Source: an uncultured Chlamydiae bacterium
Lineage (GTDB): Bacteria > Chlamydiota > Chlamydiia > Chlamydiales > SM23-39
Reading direction: 5' to 3'
Assembly (NCBI GenBank): GCA_937899275.1
Contig: CALBPE010000053.1
Location: 1 to 42,302 of the forward strand
DNA: 42,302 nucleotides
Under the pieces are notes generated by a model. The model saw only the letters and a list, made by a program, of their open reading frames with translations. It ran no database searches and was not told where the DNA came from. Position numbers and translations under genes: made by a program. Shown here piece by piece: positions 1-8,726 of the stretch. The stretch's first letter is position 1. Each line of letters opens with the position of its first letter.

Positions 1-3
1 ACT

Positions 4-2280
4 TTGGTGGTGGAAAATTCCATTATAGGCAAAAAATTATCCCATTCAGAAAACCTTCTTTTGCATGAGTTAAAAAAAGAACAAGAGCAAAAAAGGCGGC
101 AGCTACAATCTTTTTTACAAAAATCTGTTTTGGACAAACAAGCGGAGATGCAGGCGATTTTTTACGATCTTTCTACAATCGATTTTGCCAGCCGCAGCAA
201 CTTCTCAGAAGAAAATCTATGGGATTTTTCTGCAGGGATGTTAGCGAAGCATGCTTGGCTTGACTTTATACAGACGGGGACGAAAATGGGCAAAAAAAAG
301 GTCCACTTTACCCTCACACCATTTGCAGTAGAACCTAAAAAAACATCTGTTTATGAGATTGATGAAACGCTTTCTTGGGTGTATGTAAAAGATCGTCTTT
401 ACATCAGTATCTTGATTCCATCTAAGGTTTTGGAGAATTTGATGGGAGAAAACGCATCGGGGCTAGCAAAAGAAGATGTACATGTAGCCTATGATTGGAA
501 AACTCTTTTATATATATCGCCAAAAAACTGGTCTGATCAAGACAAAAAAACGCCTTTTGTAAAGCAGCTTCTTTACGCTAAAGAATACTTAAAAACGCAT
601 GAAAAAAAGCTACTACAAGGCGATTTTCGAGCGCTTTTAAAACAGTCGACTAGGAAAAAAAATGTGCGGCGCTATCACGACTCCTCTGGCTCTTCTTTAG
701 AAAAAGCTGGAGAAAAACGATTCCGCTACTTTGTCAAAAGAAATCAAATCCTTGCTATTGGACTTTTTGCAACCCATCTATCTTTTGAGGGTCTTGTGCA
801 AGAAGGGCCTTTATCTCCCTACGCTCCTGCAGGGGTGATTTTTACCCCTTTTCCTAGGGAAAAACCCGTCTTTTTTCCGTTTTCTGGTTTATTTCGGAAA
901 ACAGCTTTTCTTACCATCGGAGATGGCGCTGCTAAAAATAGCTCTTCTTTTCAGAAAAAAAATATTGAGCTTCTTTCTACAGGTTACGGCTCTGAGGCGT
1001 TTTTGGTATCTACACAAAGCATTTTATGGGAAGCCCATCGCAATAATACACTAGAACTAATGCTTGGTGCATCGGTCGATCCTATCATGCGTAAGGTAGC
1101 TATAGCTTCAGGTCAGATGGTCCTTTTAACAGAAGGTAAAAGAGTCCTTGCTCTTTACCGTCCTAACGGTGAAAAACTCGACCGCTCGCCTATTTTGCAG
1201 GCAAAAGTAGAACACTTCGATCAACCTATTGGACGCATCTCGATTGGCGGTATTTCGTATATTTATGCGCAGCTAAGCCCGTTTCACCATGCTGATATCA
1301 ATATATTTACTCTACAAGAAGAGAGCAAGGCCTACGCTTTAATCAATCATACAAATAGAGAGATCCATCGGATTGTATCGAGTATTTCTTCAAAAATCAT
1401 GGTTGCAGCGTTTTTCATGTTAGTCGTTGCTTTAATTCTTTTGGAAAATATCGCGAGAAAAATCACGAGACCTATTGCCCGCCTTGCTGCTGCTTCTACA
1501 AAAATCAAAGAGGGGCACATGCACGATGTACCTTTTCTAGATAGTGAAAAAGGCGCATCAAAAGAGGTGGTGTCCCTGGTGCATTCTTTTAATGCGATGG
1601 TAAAAGATCTTTCAGAAAAAGAAAAAGTCCGCAGTATTCTAAATAAAATGGTATCGAAAGAAGTAGCGGCAGAGCTGTTAAAAAAAGAGCTGCACCTAGG
1701 TGGTCAAATCGTAGATGCGGTCGTGTTATTTGCAGATATCCGCGGATTTACTAAACTGACAGAACACATGCAACCAGAACAGGTGATCGAAATGCTCAAC
1801 ACCTGCATGACAAAAATCACATCTATTGTAGAAAAAAAACGGGGTGTAATCGATAAATACGTAGGCGATCAGGCAATGGCTCTTTTTGGAGCGCCTTTTC
1901 CCATTGAAGATCCCTACCAAGCTGCTGTAGAAAGCGCTATTTCTATTCAGCAGGCATTTAGCCTATGGAATCAAGAGCGTCTAAGAAAAAAAGAGCCTCT
2001 CATTGAGTTGGGAATTGGGATCAATGGAGGGAAGGTGCTGGCGGGAAATATGGGCGCAGAAGATCGCCTCAACTATACTGTACTAGGCGCCGAAGTTAAT
2101 TTGGCAGCGCGCCTTTGTAAAGAAGCAAAAGGCGGAGAGATTTTACTTTCTTCAAAGATGTTAGAAAAAGGTAGATTATCTACCAGCATCGAAACAGAAA
2201 ATAGAGGTAGTAAATCGTTTAAAGGATTTTCTGATTCTTTTACCGTCCATGCAGTACAGGGTTTGCGTTCTAAATCTTAA
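4..2280 (+). CDS. Membrane-anchored class III adenylate/guanylate cyclase (large extracytoplasmic region, TM, HAMP, cyclase domain); probably 5'-truncated by the window edge
   Basis: TM segment (IMVAAFFMLVVALILL), HAMP (ITRPIARLAAAS...EVVSLVHSFNAMV), cyclase motifs VLFADIRGFT, IDKYVGD, GNMGAEDRLNYTVLGAEVNLAARL. The frame is open to position 1. Confidence 0.92.
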   Translation: MVVENSIIGKKLSHSENLLLHELKKEQEQKRRQLQSFLQKSVLDKQAEMQAIFYDLSTIDFASRSNFSEENLWDFSAGMLAKHAWLDFIQTGTKMGKKKVHFTLTPFAVEPKKTSVYEIDETLSWVYVKDRLYISILIPSKVLENLMGENASGLAKEDVHVAYDWKTLLYISPKNWSDQDKKTPFVKQLLYAKEYLKTHEKKLLQGDFRALLKQSTRKKNVRRYHDSSGSSLEKAGEKRFRYFVKRNQILAIGLFATHLSFEGLVQEGPLSPYAPAGVIFTPFPREKPVFFPFSGLFRKTAFLTIGDGAAKNSSSFQKKNIELLSTGYGSEAFLVSTQSILWEAHRNNTLELMLGASVDPIMRKVAIASGQMVLLTEGKRVLALYRPNGEKLDRSPILQAKVEHFDQPIGRISIGGISYIYAQLSPFHHADINIFTLQEESKAYALINHTNREIHRIVSSISSKIMVAAFFMLVVALILLENIARKITRPIARLAAASTKIKEGHMHDVPFLDSEKGASKEVVSLVHSFNAMVKDLSEKEKVRSILNKMVSKEVAAELLKKELHLGGQIVDAVVLFADIRGFTKLTEHMQPEQVIEMLNTCMTKITSIVEKKRGVIDKYVGDQAMALFGAPFPIEDPYQAAVESAISIQQAFSLWNQERLRKKEPLIELGIGINGGKVLAGNMGAEDRLNYTVLGAEVNLAARLCKEAKGGEILLSSKMLEKGRLSTSIETENRGSKSFKGFSDSFTVHAVQGLRSKS

Positions 2281-2287
2281 GGTATAG

Positions 2288-2989
2288 ATGGAACAACATA
2301 GAAAAGATTCTCTATTGGAAAATGAACTTTTTTCTCTCATTTCTCATGAGATCAAAACGCCCATCACCATTATACGCGGCTTTGCAGAGATTTTAGAGGG
2401 GTCTACAGTAGATCCGTCTATGCAAGAAAAAATAGCCAAAGCAATCCTTGGCGCCTGCGGGAAAATGGAGCGCCTCTTCTTCCATTTGGAAAAAATATTT
2501 TCTTATGGAAAAATCGAGGCGTCGTTTTCCTCTATTGCTGTGCAGCCTTTACTAGAAAAGATCTATCTGAAGGCAAAAAACAAGTACCCTTGCGCAGAAA
2601 TCACTTTGGTCAACCGAGTAAACAATCGTCTCCATACAATTTGGGCAGAGCCTTTTTTACTAGAAATTGCCATCATGAACCTCATCGATAATGCCATCCA
2701 TTTTAGCGATGAAAAAAAATGCGTTACGTTAGTGATGCGTGCATCTGCAAAGAGTTATATGCTATCGGTAGAAGATCGAGGTATCGGAATCTCTTCTTCT
2801 TTTCAGAACAAGGTGTTTCAGCCGTTTTTTTCTGCGCATCCCAAAAGGTCTAAAGAAAAAGGAGGCAGCGGGCTCGGGCTGTATCTCGTACAGCGTATTT
2901 TGCAGCAGCATCAAGCCTCTTTAGAGCTGGTTTCAAAGAAGGGAAAAGGCTCATGCTTTACTATAACGCTGCCTTTAGAAAAACAATAA
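2288..2989 (+). CDS. Soluble two-component histidine kinase (HisKA + HATPase only, no sensor or TM domain)
   Basis: H-box SHEIKTPITIIRGFAE, N-box NLIDNAIHFS, G1 DRGIGI, F-box VFQPFF, G2 GGSGLGL; starts 7 nt after the cyclase stop. Confidence 0.92.
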   Translation: MEQHRKDSLLENELFSLISHEIKTPITIIRGFAEILEGSTVDPSMQEKIAKAILGACGKMERLFFHLEKIFSYGKIEASFSSIAVQPLLEKIYLKAKNKYPCAEITLVNRVNNRLHTIWAEPFLLEIAIMNLIDNAIHFSDEKKCVTLVMRASAKSYMLSVEDRGIGISSSFQNKVFQPFFSAHPKRSKEKGGSGLGLYLVQRILQQHQASLELVSKKGKGSCFTITLPLEKQ

Positions 2990-2999
2990 CGGATCTACT

Positions 3000-3842
3000 T
3001 TAAGAAGAATATTTCGGCAGCTCTGTACGCAAGGATTTTCCTCCTTCTTCTACCGCAATTTGTAAAGAGCTGCTTTTTGTTTGTTTATGACGAAAAGAAA
3101 GACGAGAGAGCACTTCCTCATCTACTTTCTCTCCATGTTGATGTAAAAGGGTAATGAGGTCTTCTTTACTGATCTGCAAACGCTCTTCAGGAAAGTTTTT
3201 TCTACGCATTAATGCTTTAGCTACATTTTTCCCGAATAAAGCAGATAGCAGCGTTTCATCTGCACAAGGAAGGCAGATATACGGCATATGAGCTGAAGTA
3301 TGCCAGTAGCGTAAAAGAGAGGATCCTTCATCACCTTTAAGAGCGAGGTAGTAGATGCGCCTTAATATCGGGTCTTTAAAGTAGATTTTTTCTAGATGAA
3401 GAGGATGTTTCACTGAGCTTTTTTCCAATTCTTCCAGCACTTTTTGAAAGATCTCTTCTGTAAGTCTATTGATAGTAGAGGTATCTTCAATAAAAGAAAG
3501 GGTCTTTATTTGCATCCTCAAAAGCTTTTTGGCAACTTTTTTGAAAGGGCTATCTACCTGTTTTTTTATCAGGTGTAAATTGCATTTAGAGCAGCTTTTA
3601 CAGCGGGCGATTTTGGCTGTAGAAAAAGGGTCTTTTTTTTGCTTCGAAGATTTTACAGGGTCTTTTTTCACCAGTTTCTCAAAGGTGGTATGCTGGATTT
3701 TCCGGTGGGTTTTTTTGACTAAACGGAGCTCTCTTTGCTCAAATGAACAGATCCGCTGAAAGGCGTAAGAATCTTCTGAAATGCTTGCGGTGAGAAACGC
3801 AAAAAGGAGTAAGAAAATGCTTACAAGGCTAAGTATATTCAT
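3000..3842 (-). CDS. Hypothetical protein with N-terminal hydrophobic anchor; in the position of a GspK-like minor pseudopilin of the chlamydial type II secretion locus
   Basis: 280-aa ORF starting MNILSLVSIFLLLFAFL; ATGA overlap with the upstream pseudopilin-like gene. Function inferred from context only. Confidence 0.55.
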   Translation of the reverse strand: MNILSLVSIFLLLFAFLTASISEDSYAFQRICSFEQRELRLVKKTHRKIQHTTFEKLVKKDPVKSSKQKKDPFSTAKIARCKSCSKCNLHLIKKQVDSPFKKVAKKLLRMQIKTLSFIEDTSTINRLTEEIFQKVLEELEKSSVKHPLHLEKIYFKDPILRRIYYLALKGDEGSSLLRYWHTSAHMPYICLPCADETLLSALFGKNVAKALMRRKNFPEERLQISKEDLITLLHQHGEKVDEEVLSRLSFRHKQTKSSSLQIAVEEGGKSLRTELPKYSS

Positions 3843-4447
3843 GAGAAATAAGCTAGATGTGGTTTGGGAAAAAAGCAGACAAAAGCATGGACTACCCCCT
3901 TTTTTTTATACGAGATCCGCATCATAACAGGTAACTTTTGCTCTACTGTTTGCGCGTCCATTCGATGTGTCCAATAGCCACTTTTACCCTCTTGGATGAA
4001 GTAGGCAATCGATAGATCAGAGGCGCCCTTAAGTAAAATTTCTTTGCGCATTTTTTTAGAGTTTTTTTCTATAGGCCAAGAGTAAAGTACAATTTGTTTT
4101 TCTTTATCGAGCTGCAGACTTGCCCAAACAGCTCCGCTAAATGCAGGAGTAGGAGATATACCTGCATCAAATAAAAAATACAGGGTTTCTTGTCCTACAG
4201 GTCCTTGGGTGTACATTCCAGGATAGATGGAGGCGTGATCGATTGCTTTTGGGATGGATAAGACAATTTTCTGCATACGGGAGAAAAAAATAGATTTTTC
4301 TATCGCCTCTTTTTTCTGCCGATACAACACGTTTTCTACCTTGGATAAAGAGATATAAGAAGAAAGTAAGATACTTAAAAGAGCGCCTGTTAAGCTAAGA
4401 GCAATCAAAAGCTCCAGTAAAATCACAGGAGATTTTTTTACGCGCAT
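3839..4447 (-). CDS. Type II secretion pseudopilin-like protein (GspJ-like)
   Basis: Basic leader MRVKKSP followed by the hydrophobic helix VILLELLIALSLTGALLSILL with Glu at +5 (class III signal-like). Confidence 0.7.
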   Translation of the reverse strand: MRVKKSPVILLELLIALSLTGALLSILLSSYISLSKVENVLYRQKKEAIEKSIFFSRMQKIVLSIPKAIDHASIYPGMYTQGPVGQETLYFLFDAGISPTPAFSGAVWASLQLDKEKQIVLYSWPIEKNSKKMRKEILLKGASDLSIAYFIQEGKSGYWTHRMDAQTVEQKLPVMMRISYKKKGVVHAFVCFFPKPHLAYFS

Positions 4448-4456
4448 AGAATGAAG

Positions 4457-6301
4457 TTATGCTTTTTTGCTTTTATGATACGTGTATATTCCAATAAAAG
4501 CAGCAAGAAAAACGTAGGCAATAACCGAGAATACGTTCGGTAAAATGCCCTCATCTTCTGGGCTGATGATGCCGAATACTGCCAGCGCTGCCAGCAGAAT
4601 GCCCATGCAAGCATCACCTCCGATGATGCCAGAAGAAAGAAGTAAACCCGCCTCAGCACCTTCTTCTTTTGTTTCGACAATTTTTTTAACAATGCCTCCA
4701 ACCATTGTAGCGCTTGTCAAAGAAAGAGGTAGATAGACGCCTAGCGCAAAAGGTAGAATCGGAATACGCAAAAACTCCAATAAAATCCCAATCACTATAC
4801 CTATAGCAAACAAAGTATAGGGAAGCTTTTGGTTGATGACGCCGTTTGCGATCATTGCTATCATGCTCGCTTGTGGCGCCGGCATATTAGTTGAGCCGAT
4901 CGTATAGGCGCCATTGAGAATATAGATGACAAAACCGAGTGCAAGCGCAGGTATAATCGTTGCAATGATTTCTACTAGCTGCTGTTTTAATGGGGTTGCT
5001 CCCAGTAAAAAACCTGTTTTTAGGTCCTGTGAAGTGGTAGAGGCCATACAAATCGTAATGTTCGCAACAGAGCTCATCGTAATAGCAGAAAGAAGGTACA
5101 TTCTTTCTGTCCATCCGAGAAAAACAAAGAGAAGGCTGGTGATTAAAAGAGTGGTAATAACCATACCCGATACCGGGTTCGAGGTGCTTCCTACAATGCC
5201 TACTGTGATCGAGGTAACTGCAGAAAAGAAAAATCCGAGTAGAGAAAGAAGAATAATTGTGAATGCATTCATAGGGAAAATCGGAATCATCCATAGCGCA
5301 AGCATGATGCCAAGGCTGCCGAAAAGTAATATGGGCAAGGGGATATCTAGATCGGTCCGTTTTTTTTCTCTATGGAGAGCCCACCCTTGGGTCATTTCCC
5401 GAAAACCTTCTTTCAGGGTTTTTCCAAGTACCGGCAGAATATGGATCAAGCTCATGATCCCGCCAAAAGCGATTGTTCCCGCTCCAATATAACGGACGTA
5501 AGAGCTCCAAATATCTTGCGCGCTCATCGCTGCAATCAGAGTTTCTGATGGGAAGATGGGCTCTTGACCTCCACCAAAAAAACGGATGAGAGGAATGATC
5601 ACAAACCACGCAAGAATACTACCAGAAAAGATTAAGGAAGAGACCCGAAAGCCGATGATGTAGCCAATGGCTAAAAGAGCAGGACTTGTATCCAGCGATA
5701 TACGGGTGTTTTCATAAAAACGAAGGGTCCAAGAAGGCGTTTCTTTCCAAAGGCGCAGTATACCTGATAGAACTTTGTAAAAAATACCTGCGATAAAACC
5801 CCAGCCAGCTGACATGGCAGATGAGCTATTATCTTCCCCTGCTTTTAAGATTTCTGCGCAGGCGGTGCCTTCGGGAAAAGGCAGTTTTTTATCTTCTTCT
5901 ACAATGATGAACCTTCGAAGAGGGATCATACAAAGCACCCCTAACACTCCTCCGAGTAAAGAAAGAAGAAAAATTGCTCCAATACTTGGAGGCGCGCCTA
6001 GTAAAAATAATGCGGGAATAGTAAAAGCAACGCCTGCTGCAATACCTTCACCTACAGTTGCTGTGGTTTGCACAATATTATTTTCTAATAGACTCGCCTT
6101 TCTCCTCGATAATCGAAAAATCGCCATCGATAAAATCGCTGCAGGAATCGATGCAGAAATCGTCGTTCCGATTTTTAGAGCAAGATACGCATTCGATACG
6201 GCAAAAAGAAGACTGAGAATCATTCCGAGAAAAACCGCTTGAAACGACGCTTCTTTTGGCATAGATGTTTTGCAGGAGGGAAAAAACGAGAACAAGGGCA
6301 T
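4457..6301 (-). CDS. OPT/YSL-family oligopeptide transporter
   Basis: Motifs YLALKIG..SASIPAA, ENNIVQT, LPFPEGTACAEIL, SNPVSG, QDLKTGFLLGATP, APQA, GVYLPL; many TM helices. Alternative start at 6262. Confidence 0.93.
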   Translation of the reverse strand: MPLFSFFPSCKTSMPKEASFQAVFLGMILSLLFAVSNAYLALKIGTTISASIPAAILSMAIFRLSRRKASLLENNIVQTTATVGEGIAAGVAFTIPALFLLGAPPSIGAIFLLSLLGGVLGVLCMIPLRRFIIVEEDKKLPFPEGTACAEILKAGEDNSSSAMSAGWGFIAGIFYKVLSGILRLWKETPSWTLRFYENTRISLDTSPALLAIGYIIGFRVSSLIFSGSILAWFVIIPLIRFFGGGQEPIFPSETLIAAMSAQDIWSSYVRYIGAGTIAFGGIMSLIHILPVLGKTLKEGFREMTQGWALHREKKRTDLDIPLPILLFGSLGIMLALWMIPIFPMNAFTIILLSLLGFFFSAVTSITVGIVGSTSNPVSGMVITTLLITSLLFVFLGWTERMYLLSAITMSSVANITICMASTTSQDLKTGFLLGATPLKQQLVEIIATIIPALALGFVIYILNGAYTIGSTNMPAPQASMIAMIANGVINQKLPYTLFAIGIVIGILLEFLRIPILPFALGVYLPLSLTSATMVGGIVKKIVETKEEGAEAGLLLSSGIIGGDACMGILLAALAVFGIISPEDEGILPNVFSVIAYVFLAAFIGIYTYHKSKKA

Positions 6302-6372
6302 ACTTTATTTGTATAGGCCCTCTTGCTATTTTTATGAAATAACTTTTCTCTACCCTTTCAGCAAGAACTTTG

Positions 6373-6807
6373 CTACACCTCTTTTTTTCTAAGAAAGATA
6401 AAAGAGGAGCGGTGCGAGCCGCTGGCGTCTTTTAACTGCATTTGGATCGACAATTTTTGATAGATGCCTCCTTTTTTACCCGGTTTTTCTACCGATTTGG
6501 TCACCGAAAAAGAGCATGTGGCAAGCGATTTTTCTCCCGACGGCGATACGGTCCAACGCTTTTTTAACTTATAGGGAGAAGGCTTCATAGTCCAAGGGTA
6601 TCGGTTTAGGTAGAAGTTTTCGGAGATCTCTGCTTGCATCAGGGAAAATATCTGTTCTTGTGCAAATGTCTGGATCATTGCAGCGTCTTTTTGACACATT
6701 TTAATGGGAATACGCAGAAGGTAGCCGCTAAATGCGGTCAATAGCAAAATACCTAAAAGAACTTCTAACAGGATGAAAGGTTGTTTTCTTCGGTGCATCT
6801 TATGCAT
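6373..6807 (-). CDS. Type II secretion pseudopilin-like protein (GspI-like); start revised from 6999
   Basis: MHKMHRRKQP|FILLEVLLGILLLTAFSG is a basic leader plus F-x-x-x-E hydrophobic helix. The longer ORF-track start overlaps the divergent gene. Confidence 0.68.
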   Translation of the reverse strand: MHKMHRRKQPFILLEVLLGILLLTAFSGYLLRIPIKMCQKDAAMIQTFAQEQIFSLMQAEISENFYLNRYPWTMKPSPYKLKKRWTVSPSGEKSLATCSFSVTKSVEKPGKKGGIYQKLSIQMQLKDASGSHRSSFIFLRKKEV

Positions 6808-6983
6808 AGGCGCGGGTAGTTTATCTCCTTTAGAAAAACTCGATCTAGTATAGCAAAACTCGGTTTTTCTATTCTGGAGATATCCTGATCCATAGGCAAG
6901 CTGCAAACATTGGTAAAGTAATTTTTGACGAGATATCTTGCGCTCGATATAGTTTGAGAAAAGTGGGCTAAACGTAATTAAAG

Positions 6984-7991
6984 ATGCAATTAAAGACAAA
7001 AGCGGTAAATAACCTTTTTTTATTTAACGTATACCATCCCGATGATGCAAGCGCTGAGGCCTATGCCAATGCTCTTTTGCCTAAACCAACTGTTGAAGAC
7101 CTACGAAGGTTAGAAGAAAAGGAGTTATTTTCCCGGCTGAAAGCGTTAGATATGCCTCTTGAAAAAGAAGAATTTTTCCAGCTTACGCATATGGTAGATA
7201 CACCAGAAGAAGCAGCTACTCTTCTCATCGATACGGCGAAAATTCCCCCTCTTTATGAAACGCTATACCTACTCGTTTTTGAACTATGGCGTAGGCTCGT
7301 TCCCGAAAGAAAAACCCTATCGATTTTTTGCGATGAGCTTGATCGTCAAATTTTTTTCTACAATCAAGGAAGCTTGAAAAGTGATGAATCCCTACAAAAA
7401 GCTCTTTCTACTTTAGAACAAATCCTACAAGAAAGCGCCGATCGCGGTAAGGGAAAAGAGGAAATTCGTAGTTATTTTGATGCGTATCTTGCCCACGATA
7501 TCGAACATTTTTTGTATGAGTACATTACAGATCATATTGGGTCTGATGCGCATTTGTATGCAGAAGAGCTGCTCGATAGCTTTTATTTTTATATGAGGGA
7601 TTTCCGTTGGTTTGATTTTTTGTATAGCAAACTGATCTATCCAGAAAATCCTTCTGCTGCTAATGAAGCTCTTCGTATGCTTATGCAAGAGCTTGTAGAG
7701 CATCCCGATTTAGATTTACAACTGGAAATACTACATTTTATGATCGAGTCTTGCGATCGAAAATCGTTCATCTATCTTGTAGAAAAAACCGTACGGTTGA
7801 TCCAGCTAGAAGAAGACTTTCTAGAACTTTTAGATCTAGCCTCTGAATACTACCTAAGATTAGATGAGGAAGAAGTGCAAGAACAAATTGATGAGATATT
7901 GGTTGCAAGAGAAAAAAGATCGCCCCAAAGATTTTCTAAGGATGATCCTGATGTACAAGAATTTCTACGGATCATCCAGCTAGATAGATAA
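6984..7991 (+). CDS. Acidic helical hypothetical protein, probably conserved in chlamydiae
   Basis: 335-aa ORF with protein-like composition, converging on and overlapping the phosphoesterase gene; no function recognised. Confidence 0.75.
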   Translation: MQLKTKAVNNLFLFNVYHPDDASAEAYANALLPKPTVEDLRRLEEKELFSRLKALDMPLEKEEFFQLTHMVDTPEEAATLLIDTAKIPPLYETLYLLVFELWRRLVPERKTLSIFCDELDRQIFFYNQGSLKSDESLQKALSTLEQILQESADRGKGKEEIRSYFDAYLAHDIEHFLYEYITDHIGSDAHLYAEELLDSFYFYMRDFRWFDFLYSKLIYPENPSAANEALRMLMQELVEHPDLDLQLEILHFMIESCDRKSFIYLVEKTVRLIQLEEDFLELLDLASEYYLRLDEEEVQEQIDEILVAREKRSPQRFSKDDPDVQEFLRIIQLDR

Positions 7992-8726
7992 AAGAAGTAC
8001 AGGCGAAAAATCTCTATAATCTGCAGCAGCAAATACGTAGCGGACGCCATTTTTCTCTCCAAAAGGTAGAGCAGCTTTGTGCACATTATGCAGATGACCA
8101 AAAACGCAGATCGAAACGCCATATTGTTCTAGTAATTTAGATGCTCTTGACGAGGCTAAATCTGCTCCAATAGGAGGGTAGTGGGTCATCGCAATTCTTG
8201 TTTTTATATGGTCAGGTACGCTTTGTAGACTTAATTCTAATCGGTTGAGCTCTTTAACAAAAATTTCCTCATCATGCGCTTCATCTACAACTTTTTCTTT
8301 GACGCAAGCAGCTTTTCTAAAGGTAATGTAGTTTGTAAAATGGTACTCTTTTGTATCCCAAAGCCGTGATCCGCAAATTGCTATATCATCTACTACAACC
8401 GAGCTATTTTGGATGATTGCACAAGATGGTGGCAGTATGTTTTCCACTTTTGCTTTTGAGGTCCACCAGTGGTCGTGATTGCCTTTAAGCAAGATTTTTT
8501 TTCCGGGAAGATGATCGATCCAAAGAAGGTCTTTTTCTGCATCTTGCGTTTTAAGAGCCCAAGAAATATCTCCTGGTACAAGAACAATATCTTCTTGCTC
8601 TACAAGGGAAAGCCAGTGGCTTTGGAGCCTTTCTGTATAATTTTCCCAATTTGGACCGAATACCTCCATGTTTTTTTCTGGAGCGCCAAAAGGAAGATGT
8701 AAGTCGGCAAGAGCCCAAATTTTCAT
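7980..8726 (-). CDS. Calcineurin-like metallophosphoesterase
   Basis: DLH, GDISW, GNHD, THYPP and FGHLH motifs; ATGA overlap with glgC, as in the chlamydial glgC operon. Confidence 0.92.
   Translation of the reverse strand: MKIWALADLHLPFGAPEKNMEVFGPNWENYTERLQSHWLSLVEQEDIVLVPGDISWALKTQDAEKDLLWIDHLPGKKILLKGNHDHWWTSKAKVENILPPSCAIIQNSSVVVDDIAICGSRLWDTKEYHFTNYITFRKAACVKEKVVDEAHDEEIFVKELNRLELSLQSVPDHIKTRIAMTHYPPIGADLASSRASKLLEQYGVSICVFGHLHNVHKAALPFGEKNGVRYVFAAADYRDFSPVLLLSI

Noticed and set aside
4545..6242. Long antisense ORFs over the OPT gene (4926-5492, 5814-6242) and similar ones over secDF (30862-31506), murA, tsp and the permease
   Set aside because: Shadow ORFs opposite well-supported genes, with no motifs.
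6808..6999. N-terminal extensions in the ORF track (this pseudopilin, also euo, uppS, aspS, gltX, permease)
   Set aside because: They overlap neighbours or promoter regions; downstream starts fit family N-termini, RBS or stop-start overlaps better.
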